From an uncultured Candidatus Saccharibacteria bacterium (GTDB lineage Bacteria > Patescibacteriota > Minisyncoccia > UBA11713 > 2-01-FULL-45-33), in the NCBI GenBank assembly GCA_964422785.1, contig CAYRCJ010000004.1, positions 1-33,561 of the forward strand: a DNA stretch of 33,561 nucleotides. The letters run 5' to 3'. Shown piece after piece: positions 1 through 9,380 of the stretch (position 1 is the first letter of the stretch; the number at the start of each line of letters is the position of its first letter). The translations under genes and the position numbers were made by a program. The notes beneath the pieces are model-generated. The model was not told the DNA's origin. It searched no databases and saw nothing but the letters and a program-made list of their open reading frames with translations.

Positions 1-579
1 CTTTGGATTTTCTTCGGCATTTATAAATATCGGCTTAACGGGGCCGCTCGGCCAACTAAATGGAACATAGTTTTCAAATCGGCGGAGATTTTGGAAGAAG
101 AAGCCGAATCCTCTGTAGGGGGCCACATATGGTCCGAAATCATAAAAATTATAGATTGCTTCCTCTTCGTCTAGGTAAGGATAAAGGTCGAGATTCTTTT
201 TTATAATTCTTTTTACCTTAGCAAGCGGCATATTATTGAAGTTCGCGAGCATTTGCTTTGCTTCATCGATTGTCAGCGGCCGCGAGTCAACAATATCCGC
301 GATTCCTATGATTACTTTGTGTTCGGACCGATCATCTTTGTATTCGTACGCATCTACTGCTCGTTTTTCAGTTCTCAAAGAATTGTAGAAAAGCACAGGC
401 CCGCGATAGTTCCATTGCCAGGATCTCGTTTTGACTCCCGCGTATTTTTCTACCCTCAGGTGTCCATCGAAGACCATGTTGTTATATGGATACCAATTTG
501 GAAATACCGGGATCATCCATTTTTGCCTCATCCCTTCGCCAAGTTCTTGTTCCTGAATGTGCCGTTGCTCTTGTCTCAC
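1..579 (-). CDS. hypothetical protein, partial (C-terminus lies beyond window start)
   Basis: Absent from the ORF track because it runs off the edge. By hand translation the reverse frame is open from 627 down to base 1 (...VRQEQRHIQEQELGEGMRQKWMIPVFPNWYPYNNMVFDGHLRVEKYAGVKTRSWQWNYRGPVLFYNS...). GTG at 579-577 has GGGAGG 5 nt upstream. ATG at 531-529 is an alternative start. No family recognised. Confidence 0.6.
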   Translation of the reverse strand, partial: MRQEQRHIQEQELGEGMRQKWMIPVFPNWYPYNNMVFDGHLRVEKYAGVKTRSWQWNYRGPVLFYNSLRTEKRAVDAYEYKDDRSEHKVIIGIADIVDSRPLTIDEAKQMLANFNNMPLAKVKRIIKKNLDLYPYLDEEEAIYNFYDFGPYVAPYRGFGFFFQNLRRFENYVPFSWPSGPVKPIFINAEENPK

Positions 580-988
580 TTTTTCCTCCCATTCTGCTAT
601 TGATGTAGCACTTAAGTTGTTGTAATGTCAAACAATGAACGAAACAGAAACAATAGACATCGAAGAAAAAGAAAAAATACTTTCTGATGATATAATCGCT
701 GAAGACCTCGACGGCGAAGTTGATCTTGACGATTTGCCGTTGTAGGCATAAAGTTTGTCACAGAGTTTGAAATTTTGAAAAGGGCGGTGCCGTGAAAATT
801 GTTTTTGACAAGACTAATTTTATTCGGAGCGCGCAAATGAATATTTTTGCTCCAAGATTTAATAAGCTCAGAGAAGGGAATGTCGGAGAATGGATCATTG
901 CTTTTCTTTTTATTTCAATTTTTGGCTGGTTTTGGTACCCGATGATTTTTCTAGGTCATCTATGCGTGAAGACGAAAGGAGACAATTG

Positions 989-1246
989 ATGGGTGAAAGA
1001 ACGTACAGGCTCAGTGAAAGCACCGAAGAAAGGATGAGAGAAGTCCAAACTCAAGTACAAAAAGTTTTGGATTTGCCGGAGCCGCCGACCGAGCATTTTG
1101 TTATGGCGGCGATTATTACCTTGGGATTGAGGGTTGTCAGTGAAAATATCAACAAGAATAGTCCGATTCAATATTCCCACCCGAATAACTTCCATGATTT
1201 TATGGCGCGTTTATACGAATTTTACAAAAGTCAGCCCCGACCATAG
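989..1246 (+). CDS. small hypothetical protein (85 aa)
   Basis: This is the 3' part of track ORF 890..1246. The internal ATG at 989 has AAGGAG 8 nt upstream, and a strong terminator hairpin overlaps the stop. No family recognised. Confidence 0.5.
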   Translation: MGERTYRLSESTEERMREVQTQVQKVLDLPEPPTEHFVMAAIITLGLRVVSENINKNSPIQYSHPNNFHDFMARLYEFYKSQPRP

Positions 1247-1262
1247 GTCGGGGCCATTTTTT
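1234..1262 (+). terminator. rho-independent terminator
   Basis: GCCCCGACC / ATA loop / GGTCGGGGC (9-bp GC-rich stem) followed by a T-run, overlapping the stop of the 989..1246 ORF. Confidence 0.75.
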
Positions 1263-1272
1263 ATCGGGGTTG

Positions 1273-1304
1273 ACCCTGTTAAATCGGAACAAATTTAACA
1301 GGGT
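1273..1304. repeat. inverted pair of the 12-nt motif ACCCTGTTAAAT (8-nt spacer), abutting a TTGACA hexamer
   Basis: ACCCTGTTAAAT at 1273-1284 and its reverse complement ATTTAACAGGGT at 1293-1304. TTGACA at 1304-1309 overlaps the right arm. The same 12-mer recurs at 3870 and 3994. Confidence 0.85.
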
Positions 1305-1389
1305 TGACACTGTTTGGGCTTTGATATAGACTTCTATCTATATCGCTTTAGAGCGAATTTTATTAGTTTTTAATATTTTAAACAAAGAT

Positions 1390-2583
1390 ATGGCAGAAAA
1401 ATTTGAACGTACAAAGCCGCACGTCAACGTCGGCACTATCGGACACGTCGACCACGGGAAAACCACTTTAACAGCGGCTATTTTAAATGTCCTTAACCTC
1501 GCCGGGAACAAAGCCCGCGTGGAAAAAGTTGAAGATATCGATAACGCGCCGGAGGAAAGACAACGAGGTATCACCATCGCTCTTCACCACTCTGAATACG
1601 AAACAGAAAAGCGGCACTACGCCCACATCGATGCCCCCGGGCACGCCGACTACATCAAAAACATGATCACGGGAGCCGCTCAGATGGACGGAGCTATTTT
1701 GGTCGTTTCCGCCACAGATGGTCCGATGCCACAGACAAGAGAACACATTCTTCTTGCCCGCCAGGTTGGAGTGCCTGCCATAATTGTATTTTTGAACAAA
1801 GTTGACGCAGTAGATGACAAAGAATTGGTAGACTTGGTAGAAACAGAAATCAGAGAACTGCTTTCAAAGTACGATTACCCGGGAGACAAAACTCCTGTCA
1901 TAAGGGGTTCAGCGCTCAAGGCTCTTGAGGCAAAATCAAAAGACGATGAATGGGCAAAGCCTATCTTGGAGCTTGCCAAGGCCTTGGATGAATATATTCC
2001 GGAGCCTGTTCGCGATATCGAAAAACCATTTTTGATGCCGGTTGAAGACGTTTTTTCAATTGAAGGCCGCGGAACTGTAGTAACCGGCCGTATTGAGCGT
2101 GGAAAAGTTAAATTAAACGATGAAGTAGAGATTGTTGGTCTAAAGGACACGGCTAAAACCACTGTCACAGGAATTGAAATGTTCAATAAACAATTGGACG
2201 AAGGTATGGCTGGAGACAACGCCGGTATTTTACTTCGCGGTGTTAAAAAAGAAGACGTAGAGCGAGGCCAGGTGCTTTCCAAGCCGGGATCAATTACCCC
2301 TCATACCGAATTTGACGCCGAGGTTTATATTTTGACCAAAGAAGAAGGTGGAAGACACACTCCATTTTTTGCAGGCTACAAACCGCAATTTTACATCAGA
2401 ACAACCGATGTCACCGGTGAAGTTACGCTTCCAACCGGAACGGAAATGGTAATGCCGGGAGACACAATTAAATTCGCGGTTAAGCTTATCGCGCCGGTGG
2501 CTTTGGAAGAAAAGCAAAGATTTGCCATTCGCGAAGGAGGAAAAACCGTAGGAGCCGGCGTAGTAACAAAGATCAGCAAGTAA
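1390..2583 (+). CDS. tuf: elongation factor Tu
   Basis: 397 aa with G motifs [14 protein letters not shown] and NKVD, a typical EF-Tu C-terminal half, and rpsJ immediately downstream. Confidence 0.98.
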   Translation: MAEKFERTKPHVNVGTIGHVDHGKTTLTAAILNVLNLAGNKARVEKVEDIDNAPEERQRGITIALHHSEYETEKRHYAHIDAPGHADYIKNMITGAAQMDGAILVVSATDGPMPQTREHILLARQVGVPAIIVFLNKVDAVDDKELVDLVETEIRELLSKYDYPGDKTPVIRGSALKALEAKSKDDEWAKPILELAKALDEYIPEPVRDIEKPFLMPVEDVFSIEGRGTVVTGRIERGKVKLNDEVEIVGLKDTAKTTVTGIEMFNKQLDEGMAGDNAGILLRGVKKEDVERGQVLSKPGSITPHTEFDAEVYILTKEEGGRHTPFFAGYKPQFYIRTTDVTGEVTLPTGTEMVMPGDTIKFAVKLIAPVALEEKQRFAIREGGKTVGAGVVTKISK

Positions 2584-2593
2584 TTTTAAAATA

Positions 2594-2932
2594 ATGGCCG
2601 CCAGCGCTAAAACAAAAGAGGCAGAGGTCGCGCAAAAGCTCAGAATCCGAGTGCGCGCGTATGATCACAAGATCCTGGATGCTTCCATTAAGCAGATAGT
2701 GGACACGGCCTTGAGGTACGGGGCGGAGATTTCCGGCCCCATGCCATTGCCGACGGAAATAAGAAAATATACCGTAAACCGATCTTCTTTTGTGCACAAA
2801 AACGCCCGTGAACAGTTTGAGATGCGTGTTCACAAGCGCTTGATTGATATTTTGAACCCAACCCCCAAAATTATTGATGCTTTGACCAATTTGAACCTGC
2901 CGGCCGGGGTTGATATTGAAGTAAAGATGTAG
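2594..2932 (+). CDS. rpsJ: 30S ribosomal protein S10
   Basis: 112 aa, [14 protein letters not shown]...[12 protein letters not shown]. First gene of the S10 operon, after tuf. Confidence 0.95.
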   Translation: MAASAKTKEAEVAQKLRIRVRAYDHKILDASIKQIVDTALRYGAEISGPMPLPTEIRKYTVNRSSFVHKNAREQFEMRVHKRLIDILNPTPKIIDALTNLNLPAGVDIEVKM

Positions 2933-3056
2933 TAGAGTTGCGAAATTGAATTATTCATAAAACGCGCATAATTTTCTGCTGAAAATTTGCTATGCTCGCG
3001 CCGCCGCGCTGCGCAATGTTTTCTGAACAACTCAATATCGCAACCTAAACAAAATC

Positions 3057-3671
3057 ATGAACAAATTCATTTTAGCCAAAAAAGTAGAAATGTCGCAGAT
3101 TTTTGATGAAGCCGGGAAAGTTCACCCGGTTACTTGGCTTTTGGCGGGTCCTATTTTTGTGACTCAAGAAAAAACCAAAGAAAAAGACGGCTATATTGCT
3201 TTGCAGGTCGGTTTCGGAGAGAAAAAGGCCAAAAATATAAATAAAGCCCAGAAAGGACATTTTAAAGATTTGGGCAATTTTGCGTTTGTAAAAGAATTTA
3301 AGGCCGAAGGAGTAGATTTAAAGAGGGGAGACAAAATTGATGTTTCTGTATTTAAAGAAGGAGATAAAGTTATGGTAAGCGGAACATCAAAGGGTAGAGG
3401 ATTTCAGGGAGTGGTAAAAAGGCATGGATTTCATGGCGGATCACGCACTCACGGCCAGAAGCACTCCGAGCGCGAAGCTGGAACTATCAGCGGAGGAACC
3501 AGAGGAGGAGGCAGAGTTCCAAAGGGGCTTCGCATGGCCGGCCGCATGGGCGGGGAGCGAGTTTCAACCGAAAATCTTAAAGTAATCAAAATAATCCCGG
3601 AACAAAATCTAATGGCGATAGAAGGTGCGATCCCGGGGCACCGCGGAAGTTTGGTGGAAGTGAGAGGATAA
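3057..3671 (+). CDS. rplC: 50S ribosomal protein L3
   Basis: 204 aa, GTSKGRGFQGVVKRHGFHGG signature, operon position. Confidence 0.95.
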   Translation: MNKFILAKKVEMSQIFDEAGKVHPVTWLLAGPIFVTQEKTKEKDGYIALQVGFGEKKAKNINKAQKGHFKDLGNFAFVKEFKAEGVDLKRGDKIDVSVFKEGDKVMVSGTSKGRGFQGVVKRHGFHGGSRTHGQKHSEREAGTISGGTRGGGRVPKGLRMAGRMGGERVSTENLKVIKIIPEQNLMAIEGAIPGHRGSLVEVRG

Positions 3672-3672
3672 A

Positions 3673-3710
3673 AAAATGACGATCTTGCGATCGTCATTTT
3701 GGTTGTTTTT
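3673..3710 (+). terminator. terminator-like hairpin directly after rplC
   Basis: AAAATGACGATC / TTGC / GATCGTCATTTT (12-bp stem) followed by TTGGTTGTTTTT. It begins 2 nt after the rplC stop. Confidence 0.65.
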
Positions 3711-3825
3711 AGCTTAAAATCACAGCTATTGCATTTAAAAATAGGCATGCTAACATAGCAAATACTTGTGAGAATTCGAAAACAAATGGAAAAACAGAGG
3801 TCGGATTAGATCGCTTTTTTGGTTT

Positions 3826-3860
3826 TAAAAACCGGAGCGGGTATCCGCTACGGTTTTTTT
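3826..3860 (+). terminator. second terminator-like hairpin in the rplC-rplD spacer
   Basis: AAAAACCGGAGCGG / GTAT / CCGCTACGGTTTTTTT. The stem has one G-A mismatch and is followed by a T7 run. Confidence 0.6.
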
Positions 3861-3869
3861 ATTAAATTC

Positions 3870-4005
3870 ACCCTGTTAAATAATTTTAAATTATTATTAG
3901 GGGGTGTTTAATACAAAGTAACAAAGTCCACAAATAAGAGTATTTACAGAGAAAATTAATAGAAATAATTTAAAATTAAGATTTAAAAATCTTATTTAAC
4001 AGGGT
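3870..4005. repeat. 14-bp inverted repeat (ACCCTGTTAAATAA / TTATTTAACAGGGT) bracketing 108 nt and ending 2 nt before the rplD ATG
   Basis: Arms at 3870-3883 and 3992-4005 are perfectly complementary. The core 12-mer is identical to the pair at 1273-1304. Confidence 0.85.
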
Positions 4006-4007
4006 AA

Positions 4008-4667
4008 ATGAAAATAGAAACTTACAACATAAAGGGCGAAAAAGCAGGAACGGTAGAATTGCCGGGGCGGATTTTTGATGTCCAATGGAAACCGGCCTTG
4101 GTTAAACAGGTCTACGACGGCGAGCGAGCCAACTTGCGAAGACCTTGGGCCCACACAAAAACACGAGGCGAAGTAAGCGGCGGAGGCAAAAAGCCGTGGA
4201 AACAAAAAGGAACAGGCAGGGCCCGTCATGGATCTATCCGATCACCGCTTTGGGTCGGAGGAGGAGTCTCACACGGACCAAGAAATGAACGAAACTACGA
4301 AGTAAAAATAAATAAAAAAATGAAAAGAGGCGCATTTTTCTCTCTTATTTCCAGAAAGCTGAAAGAAAAAGAAATTGTTTTTGTGGATAATTTTTCTTTA
4401 ATTGCCCCCAAAACCAAAGAAGCTTTTTCTGTTTTTAAAAATCTGAGAAAAAACGGCGGTGTTTATAATCTGGGTATCAAGGGTGGAAGGGCGATTGTGG
4501 CCACGCCCAGAGAAGAAAGCGTACAACGCGCTATCCGCAATTTGCCGTTTGTATCTTATTCCGAGCCGAGAAATTTAAATACTTCGGCGCTTTTAAATAA
4601 TAAGTACGTTATTTTGGATAAATCATCCATAAAAGAATTAGAAAAAACATATGGCGGAAAAAATTAA
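4008..4667 (+). CDS. rplD: 50S ribosomal protein L4
   Basis: 219 aa, KPWKQKGTGRARHGSIRSPLWVGGGVSHGP signature. Confidence 0.95.
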   Translation: MKIETYNIKGEKAGTVELPGRIFDVQWKPALVKQVYDGERANLRRPWAHTKTRGEVSGGGKKPWKQKGTGRARHGSIRSPLWVGGGVSHGPRNERNYEVKINKKMKRGAFFSLISRKLKEKEIVFVDNFSLIAPKTKEAFSVFKNLRKNGGVYNLGIKGGRAIVATPREESVQRAIRNLPFVSYSEPRNLNTSALLNNKYVILDKSSIKELEKTYGGKN

Positions 4668-4950
4668 AAAATCTATTTCCTTGGAGCCATTGGTAATCGC
4701 TCCGCATATTTCCGAAAAAGCCTCCGCGCTTGAGGCCGATGGCTCTTATGTATTTAGGGTAACCGGCAATGCCACCAAAATTTTGCTTAAGAACGCTTTC
4801 GAAGGCCGCTTTGGCGTTAAAGTTGACTCTGTCAGGATACTCGGCGGGCACGCCAAGAAAATCCGCCGAGGCGCTACAATCGGACACAAGCCGGGCTTTA
4901 AAAAGGCCATAATTAAATTACAAAAAGGCCACACATTGCCTGAATTTTAA
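4651..4950 (+). CDS. rplW: 50S ribosomal protein L23
   Basis: 99 aa, lies between L4 and L2, 17-nt overlap with rplD, L23-like PHISEKAS...YVFRV. Confidence 0.9.
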   Translation: MAEKIKKSISLEPLVIAPHISEKASALEADGSYVFRVTGNATKILLKNAFEGRFGVKVDSVRILGGHAKKIRRGATIGHKPGFKKAIIKLQKGHTLPEF

Positions 4951-4953
4951 AAT

Positions 4954-5787
4954 ATGAAAACTTACGCACCAAGATCCCCATCGCGCAGACAATTAACCGG
5001 CATCAATTACCGGGAGCTTTTGACTCCGAATCGTGATCCTGAAAAGTCATTGATGCAGGGCAGAAAACGCCATGTGGGCAGAAATAATTTTGGCCGCATA
5101 ACGGTCCGCCACAAAGGAGGAGGCGCCAAAAGAATTATGAGGCTTGTTGATTTTAAATTGGATAAAAAAAATATTCCGGGACGGGTCGATTCGATTGAAT
5201 ACGATCCAAACAGAACCGCTTTTATCGGTCTGATAATTTACAGCGACGGAGAGAAGAGATATATGGTTTTACCCAAAGATATTCCTGCCGGCAGAGAGAT
5301 TTTAATATCCGATAACGCGCCGATGCTCCCGGGGAATCGTATGACTCTTTCAAAATTGCCCATTGGTACTCTAATTTACAATATTGCCATCTATCCCGAA
5401 GGCAAGGCCGCCCTAGTGCGCTCTGCCGGATCTTTTGCTACTGTAATCGCGCATGACGCCGGCTATGCCACTGTAAAATTGCCTTCCGGAGAAGTCAGAA
5501 AAATTTCAGAGAAAGCCTGGGCTTCCGTAGGCCAGGTTTCCAATGAAGAAAATAATTTGGTAGTAATCGGGAAGGCAGGCCGTTCGCGTTGGATGGGCAT
5601 TAGGCCTACAGTAAGAGGATCCGCCATGAATCCAGTCGACCATCCATATGGAGGAGGAGAGGGGCGCACAATGCGAGGGACAAGGCGTCCAAAGAACCTG
5701 TGGGGCAAGGGAACCCGCGGTGTAAAAACCAGGAACAAAAATAAATATTCCAAGAAATTTATTGTTAGTCGTAGAACTAAAAACTAA
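4954..5787 (+). CDS. rplB: 50S ribosomal protein L2
   Basis: 277 aa, [16 protein letters not shown] and [13 protein letters not shown] motifs. Confidence 0.97.
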   Translation: MKTYAPRSPSRRQLTGINYRELLTPNRDPEKSLMQGRKRHVGRNNFGRITVRHKGGGAKRIMRLVDFKLDKKNIPGRVDSIEYDPNRTAFIGLIIYSDGEKRYMVLPKDIPAGREILISDNAPMLPGNRMTLSKLPIGTLIYNIAIYPEGKAALVRSAGSFATVIAHDAGYATVKLPSGEVRKISEKAWASVGQVSNEENNLVVIGKAGRSRWMGIRPTVRGSAMNPVDHPYGGGEGRTMRGTRRPKNLWGKGTRGVKTRNKNKYSKKFIVSRRTKN

Positions 5788-5789
5788 TT

Positions 5790-6128
5790 ATGCCAAGAAG
5801 TTTAAAAAAAGGTCCTTATATAGATCCAAAATTGCTTAAGAAATTAAGCAGGTTTAAGGCCGGCACCGGCGCAGTAATAAAGACCTGGTCCAGGAGATCT
5901 ACGGTCAGTCCGGAGATGATAGGATACACATTCGGAGTACACAACGGAAAAGATTTTATTCCTGTTTCTATAAATGAAGAAATGGTGGGCCACAAGCTGG
6001 GAGAGTTTTCTCCAACCAGAAAATTCGTTCGTCATGGCGGTAAGATGCAAAAAGAACTGGAAATGCAGGCCAAAGAGGCGGAAAAAACCAAAACAGCGGC
6101 GCCCGCGGCCGCTCCGGCTAAAAAATAA
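5790..6128 (+). CDS. rpsS: 30S ribosomal protein S19 (with Ala/Pro/Lys-rich C-terminal tail)
   Basis: [11 protein letters not shown] ... [13 protein letters not shown], with an extra ~25-aa tail ...[18 protein letters not shown]. Confidence 0.95.
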   Translation: MPRSLKKGPYIDPKLLKKLSRFKAGTGAVIKTWSRRSTVSPEMIGYTFGVHNGKDFIPVSINEEMVGHKLGEFSPTRKFVRHGGKMQKELEMQAKEAEKTKTAAPAAAPAKK

Positions 6129-6131
6129 AAT

Positions 6132-6467
6132 ATGAAAGAAATTAAAGCACATCTTAGATTTTTGAGAATGGCTCCACGAAAAGTGAGAGTTGTTGCCGAT
6201 TCTATAAAAGGAAAATCCGTAAAAGAAGCCGAAAACACTCTGAAGTTCCTGGGGCGTCGCCCGAAATTTCCTTTGGAGAAACTTCTTAAATCAGCGGTTT
6301 CCAACGCAAAGAACAATTTTAATATTGAGAGCGCCAAACTTTTTGTAAAAGATATCCGTGTTGACACCGGCCCGACGCTCAAGAGAAGATTGCCGCGCGC
6401 GAGAGGAATGGCGACCCCCATCAACAAAAGGTCCAGTCATGTTACTATTGTGCTTTCAGCAAAATAA
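6132..6467 (+). CDS. rplV: 50S ribosomal protein L22
   Basis: 111 aa, AHLRFLRMAPRKVRVVADSIKGKSV. Confidence 0.95.
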   Translation: MKEIKAHLRFLRMAPRKVRVVADSIKGKSVKEAENTLKFLGRRPKFPLEKLLKSAVSNAKNNFNIESAKLFVKDIRVDTGPTLKRRLPRARGMATPINKRSSHVTIVLSAK

Positions 6468-6468
6468 T

Positions 6469-7161
6469 ATGTCACACACAGTTCATCCATATTCAATGAG
6501 ATTGGGAATTCTCCGCGGATGGCGATCACGCTGGTTTAATGTGCGTGATTATAGGAAGCTCTTGGAAGAAGACATAAAATTAAGAGCATTTTTAGAAAAA
6601 CGGCTTCACGGAATGTTTGTTGATTCCACTGAGATAGAAAGATCTCCGGGAAATTTAAATATTATAGTCAAAACTGCCCGCCCGGGTGTTCTTATCGGAA
6701 GGGGAGGAGAAGGGATAGAAAAATTAAAGAACGAAATTAATGTTTTCATAAATAAAATAAGCAAGGAGCCGAAAAAGAAATTCGGATTAAAGCTGACTGT
6801 TGAAGAAGTTAAATCCCCGGAAACCCACGCCAGAGTAATGGTTGATCAGATCGCTCAGGATCTTGAGAAAAGATTGCCGTTCAGAAGGGTGATGAAGCAG
6901 ACGGTGGCCAAAATAATGGCGTCGCGCGAAGTAAACGGGGCGAAGATCAGTTTGTCCGGGCGGTTGGACGGCGCGGAAATGGCCAGATTTGAGTGGCTGA
7001 AAGAAGGACAGATCCCCCTTCAGACATTGCGCGCAGATGTGGATTTTGCCAGAGGACGGGCCCATTTGCCTTACGGAGATCTTGGTATAAAGGTCTGGAT
7101 TTATAAGGGTGAGGTTTTTAACAAAGACAAAAATGCTATTGCCAAAAAGAGTAAAATTTAG
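6469..7161 (+). CDS. rpsC: 30S ribosomal protein S3
   Basis: The track ORF starts at 6358 inside rplV. The ATG at 6469 ([23 protein letters not shown]) lies 2 nt after the rplV stop and gives the canonical S3 N-terminus. KH motif [15 protein letters not shown]. Confidence 0.93.
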   Translation: MSHTVHPYSMRLGILRGWRSRWFNVRDYRKLLEEDIKLRAFLEKRLHGMFVDSTEIERSPGNLNIIVKTARPGVLIGRGGEGIEKLKNEINVFINKISKEPKKKFGLKLTVEEVKSPETHARVMVDQIAQDLEKRLPFRRVMKQTVAKIMASREVNGAKISLSGRLDGAEMARFEWLKEGQIPLQTLRADVDFARGRAHLPYGDLGIKVWIYKGEVFNKDKNAIAKKSKI

Positions 7162-7546
7162 AAAATGGCAGAGGGGCGCCACCAAGAGAAACCTCAAGGA
7201 AACGAGAGGTACGTCTTTGGCCTTTGGGGCATACGGCCTCAAGGCAGAGGAGCCGAAGTGGATAAATTCAAAGCAAATTGAAGCCGCCAGAAAAGCCATG
7301 ACCCATTATATCCAGCGCGGCGGAAAGATTTGGATACGGATTTTCCCGGACAAGCCGATTACTCAAAAGCCTCCTGAAGTAACGATGGGTGGCGGAAAGG
7401 GTGACCCGGTTGGATACGTTTTTCCGGTGCGCCCGGGCAGGATCTTGTTCGAGATGGACGGAGTAGAGAAGAGCGTCGCCCAGGAGGCATTGCGCCGCGC
7501 CGGAGCGAAACTCCCGATTAAAACCAAGTTTGTATCGAGAAACTAA
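7133..7546 (+). CDS. rplP: 50S ribosomal protein L16
   Basis: The internal ATG at 7133 gives the canonical [16 protein letters not shown]-terminus. The track start at 7109 is probably too far upstream. Confidence 0.93.
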   Translation: MLLPKRVKFRKWQRGATKRNLKETRGTSLAFGAYGLKAEEPKWINSKQIEAARKAMTHYIQRGGKIWIRIFPDKPITQKPPEVTMGGGKGDPVGYVFPVRPGRILFEMDGVEKSVAQEALRRAGAKLPIKTKFVSRN

Positions 7547-7551
7547 ATTTT

Positions 7552-7740
7552 ATGAAACTTAAAACAAAAGATTTAAATAATATGTCGAAGGACGAGTTGC
7601 AGTCTCTTTATGGAGAAAACAAAGAGAAGCTTTTTGATGTGCGCCTCAAAATTCAGAAATCACAGCTTAAGAATGTGAAGGAAATGAAACAAGTCAAAAA
7701 AAATATCGCCAGAATTTTAACGGTTATAAAATCAAAATAA
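7552..7740 (+). CDS. rpmC: 50S ribosomal protein L29
   Basis: 62-aa helical Lys/Glu-rich ORF between L16 and S17. Confidence 0.9.
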   Translation: MKLKTKDLNNMSKDELQSLYGENKEKLFDVRLKIQKSQLKNVKEMKQVKKNIARILTVIKSK

Positions 7741-7970
7741 TGCCGCAGCAAAAATTAAAAGGAAAAATAGTTTCCAACAAAATGCAGAAGACTGTGGTTG
7801 TTGAGGTTGCCCGATTAACAAAACATCCTCTCTACGGGAAATATATGAAAACCTCAAAGAGATTCAAGGCGCACACTGACACAGCGATTCCGGAGGGCAG
7901 CACTGTTTTTATAGAGTCCACCAAGCCTTTATCCAAAGATAAAAGATGGAAAGTTATTAAAATATTATGA
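7740..7970 (+). CDS. rpsQ: 30S ribosomal protein S17
   Basis: 76 aa, [18 protein letters not shown]...HPLYGKY. Confidence 0.93.
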   Translation: MPQQKLKGKIVSNKMQKTVVVEVARLTKHPLYGKYMKTSKRFKAHTDTAIPEGSTVFIESTKPLSKDKRWKVIKIL

Positions 7971-8332
7971 TTCAACATCGCACAATGTTAAATGTCGCCG
8001 ATAACTCCGGAGCAAAATTGGTCCAGTGTATTAAGGTTTTGGGAGGGACAAGAAAAAGATACGCTCAGATAGGAGATATCATTGTAGTTACCGTAAAATC
8101 CGCCGAGCCAAGAAAGGCGGTGAAGAAAAAAGAAGTTCACAAGGCTTTGATTGTGCGGCAAAGAAATGTTTTGAAAAGACCGGACGGATCTTATATCAGA
8201 TTTGATGATAACGCCGTGGTTATTATGGATGGAGAAGAGCCGAAAGGAGGCCGTATATTCGGCCCGGTGCCGCGGGAAATCAAAGAAAAAGGTTTTAATA
8301 AAATCGTATCTTTGGCGGAGGAAATTGTATAA
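7967..8332 (+). CDS. rplN: 50S ribosomal protein L14
   Basis: 121 aa, [18 protein letters not shown]-terminus. Confidence 0.97.
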   Translation: MIQHRTMLNVADNSGAKLVQCIKVLGGTRKRYAQIGDIIVVTVKSAEPRKAVKKKEVHKALIVRQRNVLKRPDGSYIRFDDNAVVIMDGEEPKGGRIFGPVPREIKEKGFNKIVSLAEEIV

Positions 8333-8342
8333 AAATAAATAT

Positions 8343-8648
8343 ATGAAAATAAAAAAGGGAGATACAATTTATATAATTTCAGGAAAAGATCGCGGCAAAA
8401 CCGGGAAAGTTTTAAACGCGTTCCCGAAAATAGATAAAATTTTGGTAGAGGGAGCCGCTCTCCAAAAAAGACACCAAAAGCCCAGAAAAGGTGGGCAGAA
8501 AGGAGAGATAATAAGCGCGCCATCGAGAATTAATGTTTCAAATGTTCTGCTTTACTGCAACCACTGCGGGAAGGGGGTAAGATCCGGCTACAAAATTTCC
8601 GGAGACAAAAAAATCAGGATTTGTTCGAAATGTAAAAATGAAATTTAA
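8343..8648 (+). CDS. rplX: 50S ribosomal protein L24 (KOW domain plus C-terminal CxxC...CxxC ribbon)
   Basis: The ATG at 8343 gives MKIKKGDTIYIISGKDRGKTGKVL (KOW). The track start at 8202 lies inside rplN. C-terminus is CNHCGK...CSKCKNEI. Confidence 0.92.
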   Translation: MKIKKGDTIYIISGKDRGKTGKVLNAFPKIDKILVEGAALQKRHQKPRKGGQKGEIISAPSRINVSNVLLYCNHCGKGVRSGYKISGDKKIRICSKCKNEI

Positions 8649-8650
8649 AT

Positions 8651-9190
8651 ATGAAAAATCTTAAAGAAAAATACATAAAAGATGTGGCGCCCAAGATGAT
8701 GAAAGAATTCAAATATAAATCCCCGATGGCTGTGCCGAGGATTTTGAAGGTGGTCGTTAATATTGGAACCGGAAAAATGCGGGACAAAAAAGATTTTGTT
8801 GAGGGGGCGATAAATCAACTGGCTTTGATTACCGGACAGAAGGCCTCCCCCAGGGCGACCAAACAGGCCATCTCTTCTTTTAAAACCAGAATCGGAATGA
8901 TTGTGGGATACAAAACTACTTTGCGCGGAGAACGCATGTACGATTTTCTGGATAGAATGGTGAGCTTGGCTATTCCCAGAACGCGGGACTTCCGCGGAAT
9001 TTCTTTGAAATCTTTGGATAGAGGCAACAACTTGACTTTGGGCATAAAAGAGCATATTGTTTTTCCTGAGATGATCGGTGAGGATGTGAGGAATATTTTC
9101 GGACTCGAGGTCACCGTTGTCACAAACGCAAAGAAGAGAGAAGAAGCGATCGAGCTTTTTAAATTATTAGGTTTTCCTTTCGCAAGATAA
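8651..9190 (+). CDS. rplE: 50S ribosomal protein L5
   Basis: 179 aa, [14 protein letters not shown] ... [11 protein letters not shown]. Confidence 0.95.
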   Translation: MKNLKEKYIKDVAPKMMKEFKYKSPMAVPRILKVVVNIGTGKMRDKKDFVEGAINQLALITGQKASPRATKQAISSFKTRIGMIVGYKTTLRGERMYDFLDRMVSLAIPRTRDFRGISLKSLDRGNNLTLGIKEHIVFPEMIGEDVRNIFGLEVTVVTNAKKREEAIELFKLLGFPFAR

Positions 9191-9375
9191 TGGCAAAAAC
9201 ATCAACATATGTAAGATCGCTGAAGACTCCGAAGTTCAAAAGCCGGGTGGTTAGAAGGTGTTTTAGATGCGGAAGGAAAAGAGGATTTATGAGAGATTTC
9301 GGGCTCTGCAGGATTTGTTTCAGAGAACTTGCCAACGAAGGGCTTATTCCGGGGATTAAAAAATCATCTTGGTAA
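9190..9375 (+). CDS. rpsN: 30S ribosomal protein S14 type Z (zinc-binding)
   Basis: 61 aa, [24 protein letters not shown] with two CxxC pairs. Confidence 0.95.
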   Translation: MAKTSTYVRSLKTPKFKSRVVRRCFRCGRKRGFMRDFGLCRICFRELANEGLIPGIKKSSW

Positions 9376-9380
9376 AAATT

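Noticed and set aside
253-603. 116-aa plus-strand ORF at the window start.
   Set aside because: It is antisense to a longer open minus-strand frame (1..579) that has a strong GGGAGG-N5-GTG start. The plus-frame peptide is low-complexity and Phe-rich, typical of an antisense artefact.
635-745. 36-codon highly acidic ORF (MNETETIDIEEKEKILSDDIIAEDLDGEVDLDDLPL) in the 409-nt gap between the first two genes.
   Set aside because: There is no Shine-Dalgarno sequence, it is very short, and no corroborating signal is present. It is recorded as a possibility only.
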